A stretch of 63,688 nt of DNA, filler included, from Reclinomonas americana ATCC 50394 (GCA_048213135.1; 14 parts of 14 records of this genome joined end to end with filler, not necessarily neighbours in it); one strand, 5' to 3'. Shown: positions 1 through 18,836, numbered from the whole stretch's first letter. Notes: a model not told the origin generated them from the sequence alone. Made by a program: numbers and translations.

Positions 1-1537
1 GGCACGTTTGTGGACGTCAGCGAGCCAAGCCACCGCGCAAGAGCCCGCCTCGAAAACAAGTCACAGAGTAACTGCTCGCTGCCCACGGGTGTCCAGTGAC
101 GTCTTTCGTCCCTGCCACGGTCACTTGTGGAATGCCGACGAATACTTCGTTCAGCGCAGCCAGCTCGACGCTGTCGCCCTTGACTGTGCTGGTGGCGTGT
201 GGAATAATGAGATCGATGTCGTCGGCAACCAGGTCGCTGTCGGCCAGCGTGAGTTTGATGGCGTCGCGAATGTGATCGGCGTTGAGTGCTGTCCAGTGGC
301 CGCTGGTGGAATGCGAGGAGCCGACGACCTCGGCGTAGATGGTGGCCCCGCGATTCAGCGCGTGCTGCTTCTCCTCCAAGATGAGCACGGCGGCAGCGTC
401 GCCAGACACCGTCCCTTGTCGGCGCCTGCCGAACACGTTCAGGCACTTGTTTGGATCCGAACCCGGCTCTGGCGTGGCGTATCCTCCCGCCGTCTGCAGT
501 GACTCGTTGAAGAACCGACTGTCTTGCCACGATTCCACAGCGCCGGCCAGTGCCACGTTGCAGGCACCATGCGCAATGGCGTTGGCCGCCGAATGCACAC
601 TCCAAGCGCCGCCGCAGCAGGCCATGTGCGTGACGGCGTTGGGTCCGCGCAACTTGTAGTCGATGATCAGGCGCTCGGGGAGGAGGTTGCTGACAATGTG
701 CGGAATCACGTCCTTGCGGAGCACACCCGCTGGCAGACGACCAGAGTAGACGTGAGCCAAGAACCGAGAGTTGGCAAAATTTGTGGCCACCCAGATGCCC
801 GACTGCAGCGAGTCTCGATCAGGCACGCTGGCAAAAGGGTATCGCGACGACTCAATGGCCTCCCTGGCGGCCTTGTAGAGAAATCTGTTGGGAGAGAGGG
901 AAAACAGGGAGATTCAACAGATACCGAAATGTTAATTGGAATCAAGACTTCTCGCAGACGCATATGCGGCAAGGACAACACCCACTCACCGCTCTGCGTC
1001 GGTCATCACTTGGCCAGACTGCAGCACGGGGAGGTACTTGGGGAAATACACTCCACCGTCGCTCTCTGTGGGGTCGGCGGATGCCAAGATTCGCCCCGCC
1101 ACCATTGGCTTCATTCCCGCAGTGGTCGAATCTGGCCAGCCGTCGGCTACGCTCCACGAGAAGTTCGACCGACCAGCCTTGACATTCTCCCACAGCTCGT
1201 CGGCGTTGCGGCCGGCAGAGCAGACGGCACCTGCGCATGAACATGCATGCAGACAACATGTCCGAAAACTTTTAAAACAGGATGGAGGGTCCTCATCGAC
1301 CAATGAAGCACGAGTACACCTGACATGGATACAGCACACGTGCACGTGCAACAGAGAGAGAAGAGTGCGTGCGCACGAAAAGAGCGACGGAAGAAGTGTG
1401 TGCGCGAACTCACCGACACCAGTGACGACCACTTCGCGATGCGGGTCGACTCGGCGGACAGAGCGCAGGAGTTTGTGGTCGTAAAACGGATTGGCCAGGG
1501 AAGCCACGCGACGCTTGCAAAGACGGAGGAGATTCAT
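1..1537 (-). CDS. beta-ketoacyl-ACP synthase (FabF/OXSM-like), 3' partial, at least 2 introns
   Basis: Spliced protein MNLLRLCKRR...REVVVTGVG|AVCSAGRNADELWENVKAGRS...GPNAVTHMACCGG...AAVLILEEKQHALNRGATIYAEVVG...PHATSTVKGDSVE...TKDVTGH. The Cys-His-His positions of KAS II are present, and the N-terminus is basic like a mitochondrial presequence. Confidence 0.85.
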
Positions 1538-1661
1538 GTTGTTGCCTTCTCGCAGCAAGTGTGCACAAATCTTCTTTTCAAAAAGAGTAAAAGACAACAG
1601 AATGTGCGCTGCGCATCTTACACAATCGCATCTGCACATTTCACCTGCCTTGAGTGCGTCA

Positions 1662-1880
1662 ATGTTACGTGCCACATTTCCGCTTCCCCGTGTATGGACT
1701 CGCTTGTCAGTGTCTGCGGGTTGCTATGGAACTCGCGAGAGCCGCTGCTGGTATTCGAAGGTCTCGGCGAGTGCCCTGGAAGCTGTGCGCGATGTTACCG
1801 ATGGCTCCCGTATCTTGGTGGGAGGATTTGGACTGTGTGGGATTCCAGAGGCCCTCACAGATGGTGGGTGACATGGTAGA

Positions 1881-1914
<34 letters not shown>

Positions 1915-4076
1915 CGTGTGTATGTACTCTTGTCATGATTACTGATACAGCAGCGAAATCTGAAACTTATTTGCATGCATGACCCGACACACAATGCAGC
2001 GCTGGTGCAGACCGGAGTGAAGAACCTTACAGTCGTCTCCAACAACTGTGGCAGCGATAACATCGGCCTCGGCAAACTGCTGGCTGCTCACCAGGTGTGT
2101 TTGTGAGCAGCAAGCGTTGTTGATTCTCAATTCACTCCACCCATTCGTCACACCCTTGCCACGCGCAGATCAAGCGCATGGTGGGCTCCTACGTCGGCGA
2201 CAATGTCGAGCTGGAGCGGCAATACTTCAATGGACAACTTGAAGTCGAGCTAGTCCCGCAAGGCTCCATGGCAGAGCGCATGCGTGCGGGAGGTGCCGGT
2301 ATTCCCGCTTTCTACACGCCCACCGGTGTTGGGACGATGATTGAGGTTTGTCTGTGCGTATGCTGATGTTGGTGCCGTTGCGGCCGGGTCATAATCGTCG
2401 TCTGCGCAGCACGGAGGATTGCCAATCAAATTCAGCAGCACTGGTGAGGTGCTCATCTCCTCGCCTCCGCGAGAGGTTTGGCGTCACAGTACAGCGTGTG
2501 CATATTATCAACAGGCTGATCGTGATTGGCGCCAATGCAGAAGCGCATCATCAACGGGCGCCCGTACTTGTATGAGGAGGCCATTGTGGGTGATTTTGCA
2601 TTGGTCAAGGCGTGGAAGGCTGACGAAGCTGGCAACTTGGTTTTCCGGTGAGAGCGTTGTCGTCACAGTCGCCGCGAGTGTGTTTGTGGGAGTTGAAGGA
2701 GGCGTGTTGTGGGTGTTCAGTGGAACGGCGAGGAACTTCAATCCCGACTGCGCCACAGCCGCACGTGTTTGCATTGCTGAGGTGAGAAATATACGCCGCA
2801 GTTGCGAAGAAGAGTGGACTGATGATGATGAACTCATTGACCCGTCGCCACCATCGCCGTCAGGTGGAGCAACTGGTACCGAATGGCACTTTTCAGCCGG
2901 ATCAGATCCACATCCCGTGCGTGTATGTCTCGCGCATTGTGGTGAATCCAAAGCCCACAAAGCACATCGAGGTGTGTGAATGACCTTTGCTCCATTCACT
3001 CTATAGATATACCTATATTCTGTGTGCTGTGCACACACTCACTTGCGCATACGCATGCACAGCGTCGTGGTGTGGTTCGACACGCAAACTCTCAGGCGAC
3101 AACTGTTGTTCATCATGGAAGTAACAGTTGTGACGTCGATCCCGCCACCGCTGCTGATCGCATTCGTACGCTGTCGCCACGAGAGCGCATCATCCGTCGT
3201 GCGGCTCTTGAGCTCCACGACGGTATGTTTGTCAACCTCGGCATCGGCATTCCCACACTTGCGCCCAGCTACCTGCCGCCCGGCCGTCGTATTGTTCTGC
3301 AGAGTGAGAACGGACTGTTGGGCATGGTGCGGGAACCACACTGCGCATGTCTGCAAGCTGTCCGCACGGGTTACCTCTCAAATCTCCTCTCCTCCGCCAC
3401 CAATGCAGGGCCCGTACCCCACTGCGACAGAACACGAGGACGCCGATTTCATCAACGCTGGCAAGGAGGCCATTTCGTACATGCCCGGCGCAAGCACCTT
3501 TTCGTCGTCTCAGTCGTTTGCGATGATTCGTGGGTGCGTACCTCTTAGAGACATATGCCTGCTGCGCTGCTGTGGTGGTGCTGCTTTGATGACACTTTGT
3601 ACGCACAGTCGACATTTGGATGTTACTCTCCTCGGCGCATTTCAAGTGTCGGAGCATGGCGATCTCGCCAACTGGATCGTGCCGATGAAGATGATCAAGG
3701 GAATGGGAGGGGCGATGGATCTGGTCTCTTGCGGCATGCGCGTTGTTGTTACAATGGAGCACAACACCAAGGTTTGTGTGCTCGCCATGACAACCTGCGC
3801 TGGCTATACGCATTTATTTGACTTATCATGATGATGCTTGCTGCGCAGGATGGTGGGCACAAGATCCTACGCAGCTGCACACTGCCGCTGACTGGCAAGG
3901 CGGTTGTGGACAGAATCGTCACCGACTTGTGCGTCTTTGACGTGGATCGGCGAGAGGGAGGCGGGCTGGTGCTGAAGGAGATAGCGCCGGATGTGACTGT
4001 GGACCAGATCCGGGAGAGGACCGGGGCTCCGTTTGCTGTCCCTGAGTATCCTGTGCCAGTGGTGCAGTATGCGGGC
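1662..4076 (+). CDS. OXCT1: succinyl-CoA:3-ketoacid CoA transferase (SCOT), multi-exon, stop codon lost in the gap
   Basis: Motifs [87 protein letters not shown], joined through GT-AG introns. Confidence 0.95.
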
Positions 4077-4176
4077 NNNNNNNNNNNNNNNNNNNNNNNN
4101 NNNNNNNNNNNNNNNNNNNNTTAATTAATTAANNNNNNNNNNNNNNNNNNNNNNNNNNNNNNNNNNNNNNNNNNNN
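4077..4176. other. artificial contig linker (N44-TTAATTAATTAA-N44)
   Basis: Identical 100-nt spacers with stops in all six frames also at 18481, 20556, 21863, 23926, 30761, 37381, 39261, 48044, 53422, 55485, 58188 and 61397. Confidence 0.99.
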
Positions 4177-4177
4177 C

Positions 4178-4232
<55 letters not shown>

Positions 4233-4236
4233 GCTG
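4177..4236. repeat. (TTG)n / (CAA)n microsatellite encoding polyQ on the minus strand
   Basis: Direct trinucleotide run at the contig end, inside the minus-strand ORF 4129-5406. Confidence 0.9.
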
Positions 4237-7200
4237 CTGTCTTCGTCGCTCGGACGCGTCGGGTGACAGACTCTCGAAGGGAATTTCGCGAAGCTTGCGC
4301 TTGGGGCGCGGTGGTGACGGCAACGGCACCTCCACGGCTGCCGCACTCGAATTCGACTGCGACGGAGGTGGCGGAGGTGGAGGTGGAGGTGGTGGCACCG
4401 CCGCCGGCGCCGAGGCAACAACAGAAACGGGAAGTGGAGGTGTGGGCGAGAGTGCCGGCGAGGTCGCAGAAACATCCAGATCCGTGTCGTCGGCCGTACT
4501 CAACACCGCAACATGCACCTCACGGCTCCACGGCCGATCGGGAGTGATGCGCCACGACGATGTTGGCGACGAGGCAAGGGACGACACGGGCGAGCTCGGC
4601 GACGGAGACCTCGGTCCAGTGCCACCCGCAGAACCGCTGCCGCCCGCCGGGTACATGAAGCGATCGTGAGTGGACGAGTGGAATGCCGAACGCACGCGCA
4701 GGCGAGCAGGCGGTGGAAGAACACCAGGTGCCGAGTCGCCGGCAGACGGCGGCATCGAAACCACGTCACTGGCTACTACCTGCACATCGCTGCGCACCGC
4801 CGATGCATCTGCGCTCACACCGCCGTCACCGACAACAGCAACAACAGCTGCTTCTTGCTGGTGCGGGTGCTGCTGCTGCTGCTGGGCAAATTTCCTCGGC
4901 ACCGTGACAGGCGGCAGTGATGCCAGCATACCGGCATCGACCACCAAATCACCGTCCGCGTCATCCGCCGAGGCGGCACTGTCGTCACTGGAGACTTCGG
5001 CCAACGCCGCAATTGCAGGCAGGTCGTCCAACCCAGACATGGAGATGGAACGTCGCCGTTGACTGGCCAAGAACGCAATCCACGGCTCCGAAGGCGGAGA
5101 GAATGCCTCTTCCGGTGCCACCGCGGTCGACGACTCGCCACCATCTGCTCCCACAGCGACGCTGAGCTGGCCACGATACCGCGGAGGAACCGGTACTGGC
5201 GGTGGAGCCGTCACCAGCGACGATTTTCGCGGTCGAGCCGACGAAGCTGCTGCCGATGCTGCTGCAACTGCGGCCACGGCTGCAGCGGCCTGCTGCTGCA
5301 TATCACCAGCAGCAGCAGCAGCACCGCCACGCAACGAATCCCGTCGTGACGACACAAGCGACTCGCGTCGCGAAGATACGAGTGAGTCCCGACGCGCCGA
5401 CACCACCGAGTCGCGCCGTCGCCGGCGAGGTCGAAGGGTGAGGAACGGCGAGGCCTCGGAGTCATCGAAATCATCTGCGCTTTATCATCAGCGACGGACA
5501 CTTTCACCGCCACTGCCCCACGCCACGACACGACGCAACATTTGTGAATTGACCGCGCCAGTAATTGTTCCACTTCGGGCGAGTTCCACGTGAGCCCACC
5601 GCGCAGTTTGGTCGTCTCGGTGAGTGTAGGATCAGAGGGCGGCACCAGCAATGACGATGACGGCTTGCGATTGAGAGACGACGAGGATGAGGGCGCAGGA
5701 GCCGCAGAGACGGCGACCGGGGGTGGCGGATCGAGAATCTGTACGGTGATTGCGGACAGCGACAAGGGGGCGACGGCAGTGCCGACATCACGTGCCGGCG
5801 GTGCAGTTGCATCCACTGTCGACAGTGAGGGGGGTGACGAAGCCTCTGAGAACGCCGCCGACGCGGCCGATGACGACTTTCTCAGCAGTGCATCAGCCTC
5901 CAGCTCGGGGGGTGCACCCGTAGCACGTAAGGCAGGAGGAGGAGGCTGTTCCGACGGTGGCGGCTCCACATTGCCGCTGCCACTGCTTCCCTTTGCACGC
6001 ACCGGAGCCGGGGCCAGGACGGGCTCATTGTCGACTTCCACTGCCTTGATGGACGCCATGGCGGAGCGGATTTCGTCCATCAGCGACGTGTCTTCGACTG
6101 GCGAAAACGCCGTAACCGCAGTCGTCACTGCTGTTGTATCCTCTTCTTCCCTGGTTGCCGACGCGGTATTGTCTGCATCGTGATGACTGGCAGCTGCAGC
6201 CATCGCGCCGACATGCTTCAGCACTTGTCGCGGATCCGGCTGCACGCAAAATCAAAAGGAATGAGTGCCGCCGGTCAGCACACACATCTTGTCGTGCCGG
6301 GCATGGACCAACAAACCTTTTGCTGCAATTTTCGTACTTTTTCACGCAGGCGCTCCTTGAGTTTGGCTTTTGTGTCGTCGAACTTGGTCTTGTTCTGTGT
6401 CGGTGGCGCAAAACACATGAGCGATCGAGGCATGAAAATATGCTGACCAACTGCTCGTCACGCACCTGCGTCATTCGTTGCTGTGCGGTGATGGCCGACG
6501 ACTGCGGTCGTTTCGGTGGTGGTCGCACCTCCACCACAAAGTCCGCAAATGTGACGCCCTTCCGCAACGACAATGGACTTATGGTCTGCACTCGTGGAAA
6601 GTGTTTCTTGAGGACACACAGACGAGCAGTGAAGACAACTGGGTACACAAGAACGTACCGGCACCAGCGGTGGCTGGTGGTCAGGTGGCGTGAATTGAAT
6701 CATGGGGATTGGAACGTGGCGCCCGTTCTCCATCAGTCCAAAATCGCTGCGCACACTACTGGGGCTGTGTCCCACAGACATGGGCGAGGGCGGTGACTGA
6801 TTCGTGAAATCGGTGCAGTCTTGCAGGGCGGTGTTGAGGTCTTCCGATTCGGCACGCTGGCGGGTGCACACACACACGCGTCAGGGCCATGAAGAAAGAC
6901 ACACGACAAGCTTCTGCGCAACTGCAAGATGACGCGTGACAGCTTCGGGATCGGAATCGACGCGGCGAAACGGCGGAGGATGACTCGCGCCGCTCACCGA
7001 GTCGGAACTCGACCGAATGTGTGAGGCAGCAGCAGTGGCGGCCAAGCTACGATGCACCGCCCTGTCGGCATGAGAGTCGGCCAGTGATGCGATGGTGGAG
7101 GTGCCGTCCTCCGACGTGTACGTCTCCGAACTGTAGAGCGGTAACCGTGACAGCGAGACACTCGAAAACGAATCCACATTGCGTGCATGGTAGTGCTGGT

Positions 7201-9029
7201 GATGACGCTGTAGCAAGTCGCCACCCTCCTCTTCGGTAGGTGCGGCGGCTGCTGATGCTGCATAGGCTGCGGCTGCGCCGTTCTCATGCGCCGCTGCGCC
7301 TGCGACACCTGCGCTGTCGGGGTTGTCCACGGCACCTTTCCGCTTCGTCGCATTCGTGACGGCGCCAACCAGTGCCGAAGTATCAAACATGCTCGTTAGA
7401 GCACCCTGATAGGTGGCGGCTGCCGCACGAAGTGGTCTAGCGGGCGGCTTGGCGGCAGCTCCATTTGCACCACCACCGCCACCTCCTGCTGCACTGTTGG
7501 CAGCAGACGGCCCACCCACACCCCCGGCACGGCCCGCACCCAGTGGCTCCGGCGTCGGCACACGCGCAAACGAGCTGTCGTCAGACTCTGTGTCGGGTGG
7601 CGTCGGTGGCGTCAGGAGATCAGGTGAGAGGGCAGCGGCCGAGTGGCCGTTGTGCGCCGATCGCGGCGCTCCATTGACACTGATGCCGGGCGGCATCAGG
7701 CGTTGTGAGTCCGTCAGCATGTGCAACTCGGTGGACATGCGCGAAAAGATCATTTTTGCATGCACGAGCTCGTAGTCCTGTTGTTGGTCAACGAAAGTAT
7801 GTGAGAGAGATGCGCGCGCGCGCACACACACACACACGGAGAGCGTGTGAGGTGAGTCGCACCGTCGACGCAGAACGCATGTGGGACAACCAGTGCGCCA
7901 TGTCGGCCAATCGTGCGCCAAACGCCGGTCCCAGGGTGAGTACACGTTGACCGAAGCGATCGGTGACACGCAGCTCGAGCTGCTTCTTATCACCACCCAT
8001 CGACGCCTGCTCCACCTTGCAGCCGTGCATGTGAATCAGTAGCTCCATTCCCGACTGTGACGAAGGGCGATTATTTAGTGAACACAACGCGCGTACATGC
8101 AAACTCGTGAACCCAAACGCAGCACCTCTACGTTGCGGTACACGCGGAATTCGGGGCCGCTAAGCACGCAGAACTTGGTCGAGTGTGCAGCTATGGTGCA
8201 CGAGCACACAGTCATGTGAGACGGACACACACACGGGGGAGAGCGAGAGAGAGAGAGAGAGGGTCGTTTCGACGCACTCTTGTCCATGAGGAAACCACAC
8301 TTGGAGATGGCGTACACCGGTCCATGACGATCGGCCTGCGACGGGGAGGGAATGGTGAGCCGGGGGGAGAGGCACGGCGAAAACAGCTGCAGACGCAACA
8401 TGCTCCTCGGCGACCTTCTTTCGAGCTTCGCGATCGTCGTCGCTCTCCACGCCCTGCACGATGCGAGAGAGGCGCAAGAGTGAGCACGGCGGCGATGACA
8501 CGAGCGGAGAGAGAGGGAGAGAAACAGCTGCGCACTCTTTGGTTGCTGCGAACGTGTGTGATCCACGATCGAATATTGTTGTCGTTCACCGAATCGCCGT
8601 CGTACAACACCCAGGCACCGTCGGGACCCTTGGCCAACATTGCAAACGCTCTCACCGTAGTCGGCATGATCGCCGACCCACGTAATCTAATCTGACCCAC
8701 CGCGGGCAGCTGCGATGTGTTGTGTGAGCGTGAGAGAAATGAGAGAGCCAGTCACACAACAAAAGACAGAACCTCAGGTGACGTGTGAAACCACAACATA
8801 TCATGAGCCAATACAATCCACACACGCTCGCCAGGCGTCATGGGCGTCGGCGTCGGTTCATCCTCATCGAATCCTGCACACACACAAACAGTCAATTTCT
8901 CTTCACTGTCACACACGCCACACACACACGCACACGCACGCAACTATGTACAAAGAGGTAGCCGGTCTTATCCGCATGCGCGTGAATGTGTGCTGGGTGT
9001 GGCGCGCCACCGAAACTCGGTGTCTTCAT
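4177..9029 (-). CDS. large protein with probable tandem N-terminal PH-like domains and a long Ser/Pro/Ala/Gln low-complexity tail; start uncertain, 3' partial
   Basis: Exons give DKTGYLFVH..RVWIVLAHDMLWFHTSPE..VGQIRLRGSAI..IRSWITHVRS and KCGFLMDK..KFCVLSGPEFRVYRN..LIHMHGCKV..DMAHWLSHMR, a PH-like strand and terminal-Trp helix pattern. Long ORFs follow at 6881-7996, 5211-6245 and 4129-5406. Confidence 0.55.
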
Positions 9030-9672
9030 TCCACTCTGTGTGTGAGAGAGTGTGAGTGTGAACGAAAATGAACCAAAAATCACAAACTCCGTCTGCGCGC
9101 GCCCAAACAAACACACACACACTCGCACACATGTACACACGCGCGACATATACAGCGGGGGCGTAGGTGGTGCGTGTGTGCGTGTGTGGGAAATGGCGTG
9201 ACAGTTCAACGACAAAGACGCGCACACAGACGGACCGAGAAGACAAGCGAGGCGCCATCGCCCTCCTCCTCATCACAATGACACTTGATCGAAATCAACG
9301 GTGGGTTATCGTCGTTTGGCGACGCCCGCACTGCTGATGCTCTCATCGCGAAACGGAAAAAACAGGCGGAAAAAGCGTGCCTCAATCACGCAAGAGAGTG
9401 AGAGTGAAAAGAAGCAGCAGAAGAGTGTGTGTCAATGCCAAAACAAGATTGAGAATTGCAGAAGCGTGCCACAACACCCCCACTCTCTCTCTCTCTCTCC
9501 CTCACACACGCTCCCTCACATGTCTCTCTGTGAAAACACGAACCATGCGCAAAGAGGCGCGACCTTCGCCATCGCCGCGCGACATCGTGGACAATAGACA
9601 GTGGACAGTGCTCTTGCCGCAATTGCATTCGTTTGTCCATGGCAAACACATTTCACACACGCAACGCAAAAA

Positions 9673-14611
<4,939 letters not shown>

Positions 14612-14655
14612 TGTGACGCGTGCCGTTTGTTAATGAAAGCAATACCAATCAGTGT

Positions 14656-16353
14656 CTATTTGCCAGTCTTGACCTCGTACAACCCCTGCTCTCTCTCCAA
14701 CTGCGGTTGCCGTCGTCGCAAATGCGCAGCATAGAATTCCATAATCGCCCGTGATTCTGCCTGCAGTCGTGGTGTGGGATGAGAATGACGAGACAGGGGA
14801 AGGGTGGTGATGCACGGACACACCTCGCTGTTGACCATGTCGTGCGCCTTGTCGCACTCGTGCACCGCGATCGCAGACGGGGACGAGTCGCCGGCGGTGC
14901 AGAGTGCATTCACCGCCGCGACAAGCTCGCGAACTCGAGTCAATGATGGCGTGCTGTCGCGCCGACCATGTGTCAACAGCACCGGCGTGCGCAGTGCTTG
15001 TGGCGACCGTGTGGCCAGCGACTCTTGCAACACGTCCACCTCGGAGATCGAGACACCGACAATGCCGCCGAGTGGGGCGGAGCCTGCTTCCCGTTCGCAC
15101 TCCAGTGCCGTCGCCAGTGCCATGCAGGCACCCTTACACAACAAAAGTGAGCGATCCCTGAGTATGAGGCTCGCCACTCTTCTCCTTGCCGAGTCACCTG
15201 CGAGTAGCCGTACAGGAAAATGTGTTCACGAGCGTATCCGAGCTCGCCCTCCAGCCTGCTGATGAACTGGAGCAGACTCCTGACGGAACGTGTGAGACCA
15301 GGAACGCACACAGCAGGCTCCAGATCCTCGAGGCCGAGATCTACACGGCACATGGTGGTTGTGGAGTGAGCATACTCATCCAAACACGCGCTGTTGGGTC
15401 GAGCGCTCGCCTTCCATGTCGGTGGCATCGAGGCCGGCAATGTTGGCCGGAAACCACCACCATCCGAGCCCGAGTGGCAGCTCCAGTGGCGCACGCAGCG
15501 CCACCAACGCCGTCTGCGGCAGCGCCATGCGGCGACCCAGCGTCATGAAATTCTCGTGCGAGTCACCCACTGCCACGCGAAGCAACGTGAGAAGAGTCAC
15601 GATCGCACACGCCAGCCGCAACGTACCGCCATGCAAGAAGATGACGAGATTGGCATCGATGCCGTCCGGCGACGCCGCATACGAGTGTGTGGTGAGTGGT
15701 CGCGGCAGGTGCGCTGCGGTGACGGCCGCATGACGCAGCTGGCAGCAACGACATGTGAGCGCACCATCACGCGCGACTGTATGCAGCACACTCACCGGTT
15801 CCTGCTTGAACTCCACCGGCACGACCTCCAGCGCGTCGGCAAGAGCCGTCAGTGCCCGCATGGCACTCTCGTTGTTGGGCTCGATCTGCAGTACTTGTCT
15901 CAGATCTGCCAGGCGTGAGACGGAGAGAATGGAGAAAGAGAGCGAGCGAGAGAAACGGGAACGCACCTGCCACCGCCTCTTCGCGTCGACCGCACTCCAC
16001 CAGCGCCGAGTGCCTCCTGTAGAGCGCCTTGACGTAACGCGGCTGCAGCTCCAATGCATGACTGCAATCATCAATCGCCGACACGGCATCGTGCTGTGTG
16101 CATTGCTGGTGAGATTGCTGGAGAGGAGAGACGTGTGCCAGTGGGGGGCAGGCGACGCAACGAGGGCCAGTGCACAGGCGGCGCGATTGGCCCACAGTGC
16201 AGCTTCATCGGCATCGCTCACTCGATCGGCGGTGCCTCGCACCTCTGCACACGCCTCGAGGGCCAGCGTGTACTGCTCGGCCGCTGCGGCGTGCGACTTG
16301 GCACGAAACAGCTCGTTGCCGCGTTCACGGAGGGATGCAACGCGCGAGGCCAT
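14656..16353 (-). CDS. TPR-domain + phospholipase/carboxylesterase (APT1-like alpha/beta hydrolase) fusion
   Basis: N-terminal TPRs (LRERGNELFRAK..ALWANRAACAL..YVKALYRR), then IFLHGVGDS, GYSQG nucleophile elbow, LLTHGRRD and HDM. Confidence 0.8.
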
Positions 16354-16409
16354 TGATCGGAAGAGAGGACGGCATGAGGACAACACTGCCTTCGTTCACT
16401 CTCCTACAC

Positions 16410-17855
16410 TCAGTCATCGCCGTCGCTGGCAGCACCGGAGCTGAGTTTCCTTCGCTTCCGAGGCACCTGCTCATCCCCGTCGTCGTCATCGGCATCACCG
16501 CCACGAGCTCCACGACTCTTCGACCGACCCGTGAACAGCTGTCGCGTGAACGCACAAGAACAATGAGCTACAGCGCGGGACAGCCAATCGATCGTCGCGC
16601 CCACCTTTTCAAGCAACTCGATGCTGGCTGGACCCTTTTGTCGCTTCTTGCTCTTCTTCGCACCGCTCGGGTTGCCGGGGAGCTTGATCTCGGCCGGCAG
16701 CACAATCGCCTCATCCGCACCAGCAGCAGCTGTCGCCTTTTTCGACGACGCCGCAACGCCATCCACGTCACTGACAATCGCCTTGAGCTGCCGGAACACG
16801 CGACGCACACGAGGCTTGCTGGTGACGCCAGTTTTCTCCGCCTGCCAAACCACCCGCGCACGATGAGTCGGCGAGCCAAGAACGCACACACAGGCTCGCG
16901 CATGCACACGCACTCTTCTCGCTTCCATGGCCTCCACGACCTTGGCCTGCGCCACTTGCTGCAGGTAGTCGTCGTGCTCTCGTCTCGCTGCCTCCACTTC
17001 ATGTCGCATCCGCTGGTCCTTGGCCGCCTGGTCTCGCGCTGTGCATGAGAGGGAGAGAGCGAGAGTGAGAACGGAGACAACTCGCCAGTCGCATGCTGAC
17101 GTCGGCCACTCACCCATGCTCTCCGTCAGGTGCTTCCACGTGAACTTGCGCAGGTACTTGAGGACCCACATGTCGTTGGCCCAGTGGCCGCGCTTCTCTG
17201 CTCACCGCAAACGCCGTCAGCAATGCACGGAGAGATGTCGCGAGAAGCACACCGTGAAACAGCGCACCGATGGGAGTGCCATTCAGAGTGCGCGCCACGG
17301 CCTTGGCCACTCGCTTGTCTGTGAACTCTACCCAACCCTCCTTGTACATGATCTGCGAACAAGCAGAGTGAGCAGGCACACACACGCACGCTCGTCGTCG
17401 TCGTGACATCACACTGCACCTTGCGATTACCACCGCGTTTTAACCGCTTCTCTCGTTCCCGCTGCGTCTCCGGTTCCAGGTACACTCGGTCGACGGTGCC
17501 AAACTCCTCCATTAGCCGCCTCACCTGCAGCAACAAGAAGGCGGTGAGGGCGCAGAGAGTGCTGATTCACATCACCACCGCCATGTACATCGCACACACA
17601 CGCGCGCGCGCCCACAGGAAACGGCGATTGCACGCGTGTGTGTGTGTGGAGAGAGAGAGCAGAGGCTGCTACACAGACACATGCACACGCTTGCAAGGCA
17701 GCCACAGTACCTTTGCTGGCGGAAAGAATGGTGGCAAGTGACCCTGTTTCCCGTGCACAAGCGCAGAGAGACAGAGATGAGGCGACTTGGAGAACACACT
17801 AGGTACATGAGCGCGAAGGGAACGCAACAACATAGACGATTCCGGGCTCGACCAT
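16410..17855 (-). CDS. ESF2: pre-rRNA processing protein ESF2/ABT1
   Basis: MVEPGIVYV|GHLPP..FGTVDRVYLEPE..YKEGWVEFTDKRVAKAVARTLNGTPIG..DMWVLKYLRKFTWKHLTE. Confidence 0.93.
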
Positions 17856-17922
17856 GTCTCGACACAGAGCTTGATTGATGTGAGAAATTTTCGCTTGTTT
17901 TTTCACTCACTCGCTCACTCTC

Positions 17923-18480
17923 ATGTTGCGCTCAGTGCTGGCGCACTTTGCGCTTCTGCTCATCATCGCAGTCGTCGCTGTGCATGCGAGCAACATCGAC
18001 ATGCCCTCCGATGTGCGTCTGAGAGAGTGTATAACACGCACTTCTCACACACACTCACTTACTCACTCTCTGAACTTACACAGACGTGCTACTTGGTGGA
18101 GGATTGTGGCGGCTGTGTGTCGCACTCCAACTGTGGCTGGTGTGTGTTTGGTCACTCGGATAACACCGCCATGTGCAGTTCCGTGCTCTTGTGTGTGTGT
18201 GATTGATTGCTCACACTCCTTCACTACTCACGCTCACACGCGTGCGCGCACACACACAGTGTCGGGCACAGTTGCTGGCCCCGCAAAAGGTGCGTCTGTG
18301 TGTGTGCTCACATGTGCATGCATGCATGTGTGATTGATTGCATTGCTGGCAGGCCTCTATCGATGCCCGGCCAAGGCCTGGAGCTACGGCTCGTGCAATG
18401 GTGGCGGATCCTCCACTGTGCGTGCCCTCCTCCTCTTCTCTCTCCTCTCCTCTCTGTCTCTCTGTCTCTCATGGTGTGTG
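17923..18480 (+). CDS. secreted or membrane protein with a PSI-like Cys-rich domain, 3' partial
   Basis: Signal peptide MLRSVLAHFALLLIIAVVAVHA, then CxxxxxCGGCVSHSNCGWC...CPAKAWSYGSC. Confidence 0.6.
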
Positions 18481-18580
18481 NNNNNNNNNNNNNNNNNNNN
18501 NNNNNNNNNNNNNNNNNNNNNNNNTTAATTAATTAANNNNNNNNNNNNNNNNNNNNNNNNNNNNNNNNNNNNNNNNNNNN

Positions 18581-18836
18581 GGTGATGCATGCACTGCACG
18601 GTGACGACGGACGAACCATCGATGAAGACCAGTGTGGCCCAGTTGCCTTCGGTGTGTGGCACCTGTCGTTTGCGCACGACTGGTGCTGACGCGCCTGCCG
18701 ACTGCTCCAGTGCCTCCACCGACTCGGATGCTGGTCGTTTGCGCGCGACAACTTGCCCCTCCTTGTCCTTCTCCTCGCCACCATTGTCGTCGTCATCGCT
18801 GCTGCTGCTGCTGCCATACTGTGCCAGTAGCTCCAT
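18581..18836 (-). CDS. USB1: U6 snRNA phosphodiesterase USB1/Mpn1, first exon only
   Basis: MELLAQYGSSSSSDD...RQVPHTEGNWATLVFI matches the USB1 N-terminal motif PHxxGNWATxVY/FI. Confidence 0.75.

Noticed and set aside
4121..4132. Recurring TTAATTAATTAA palindrome flanked by Ns
   Set aside because: Identical in all 13 gaps; an assembly linker, not a biological repeat or CRISPR.
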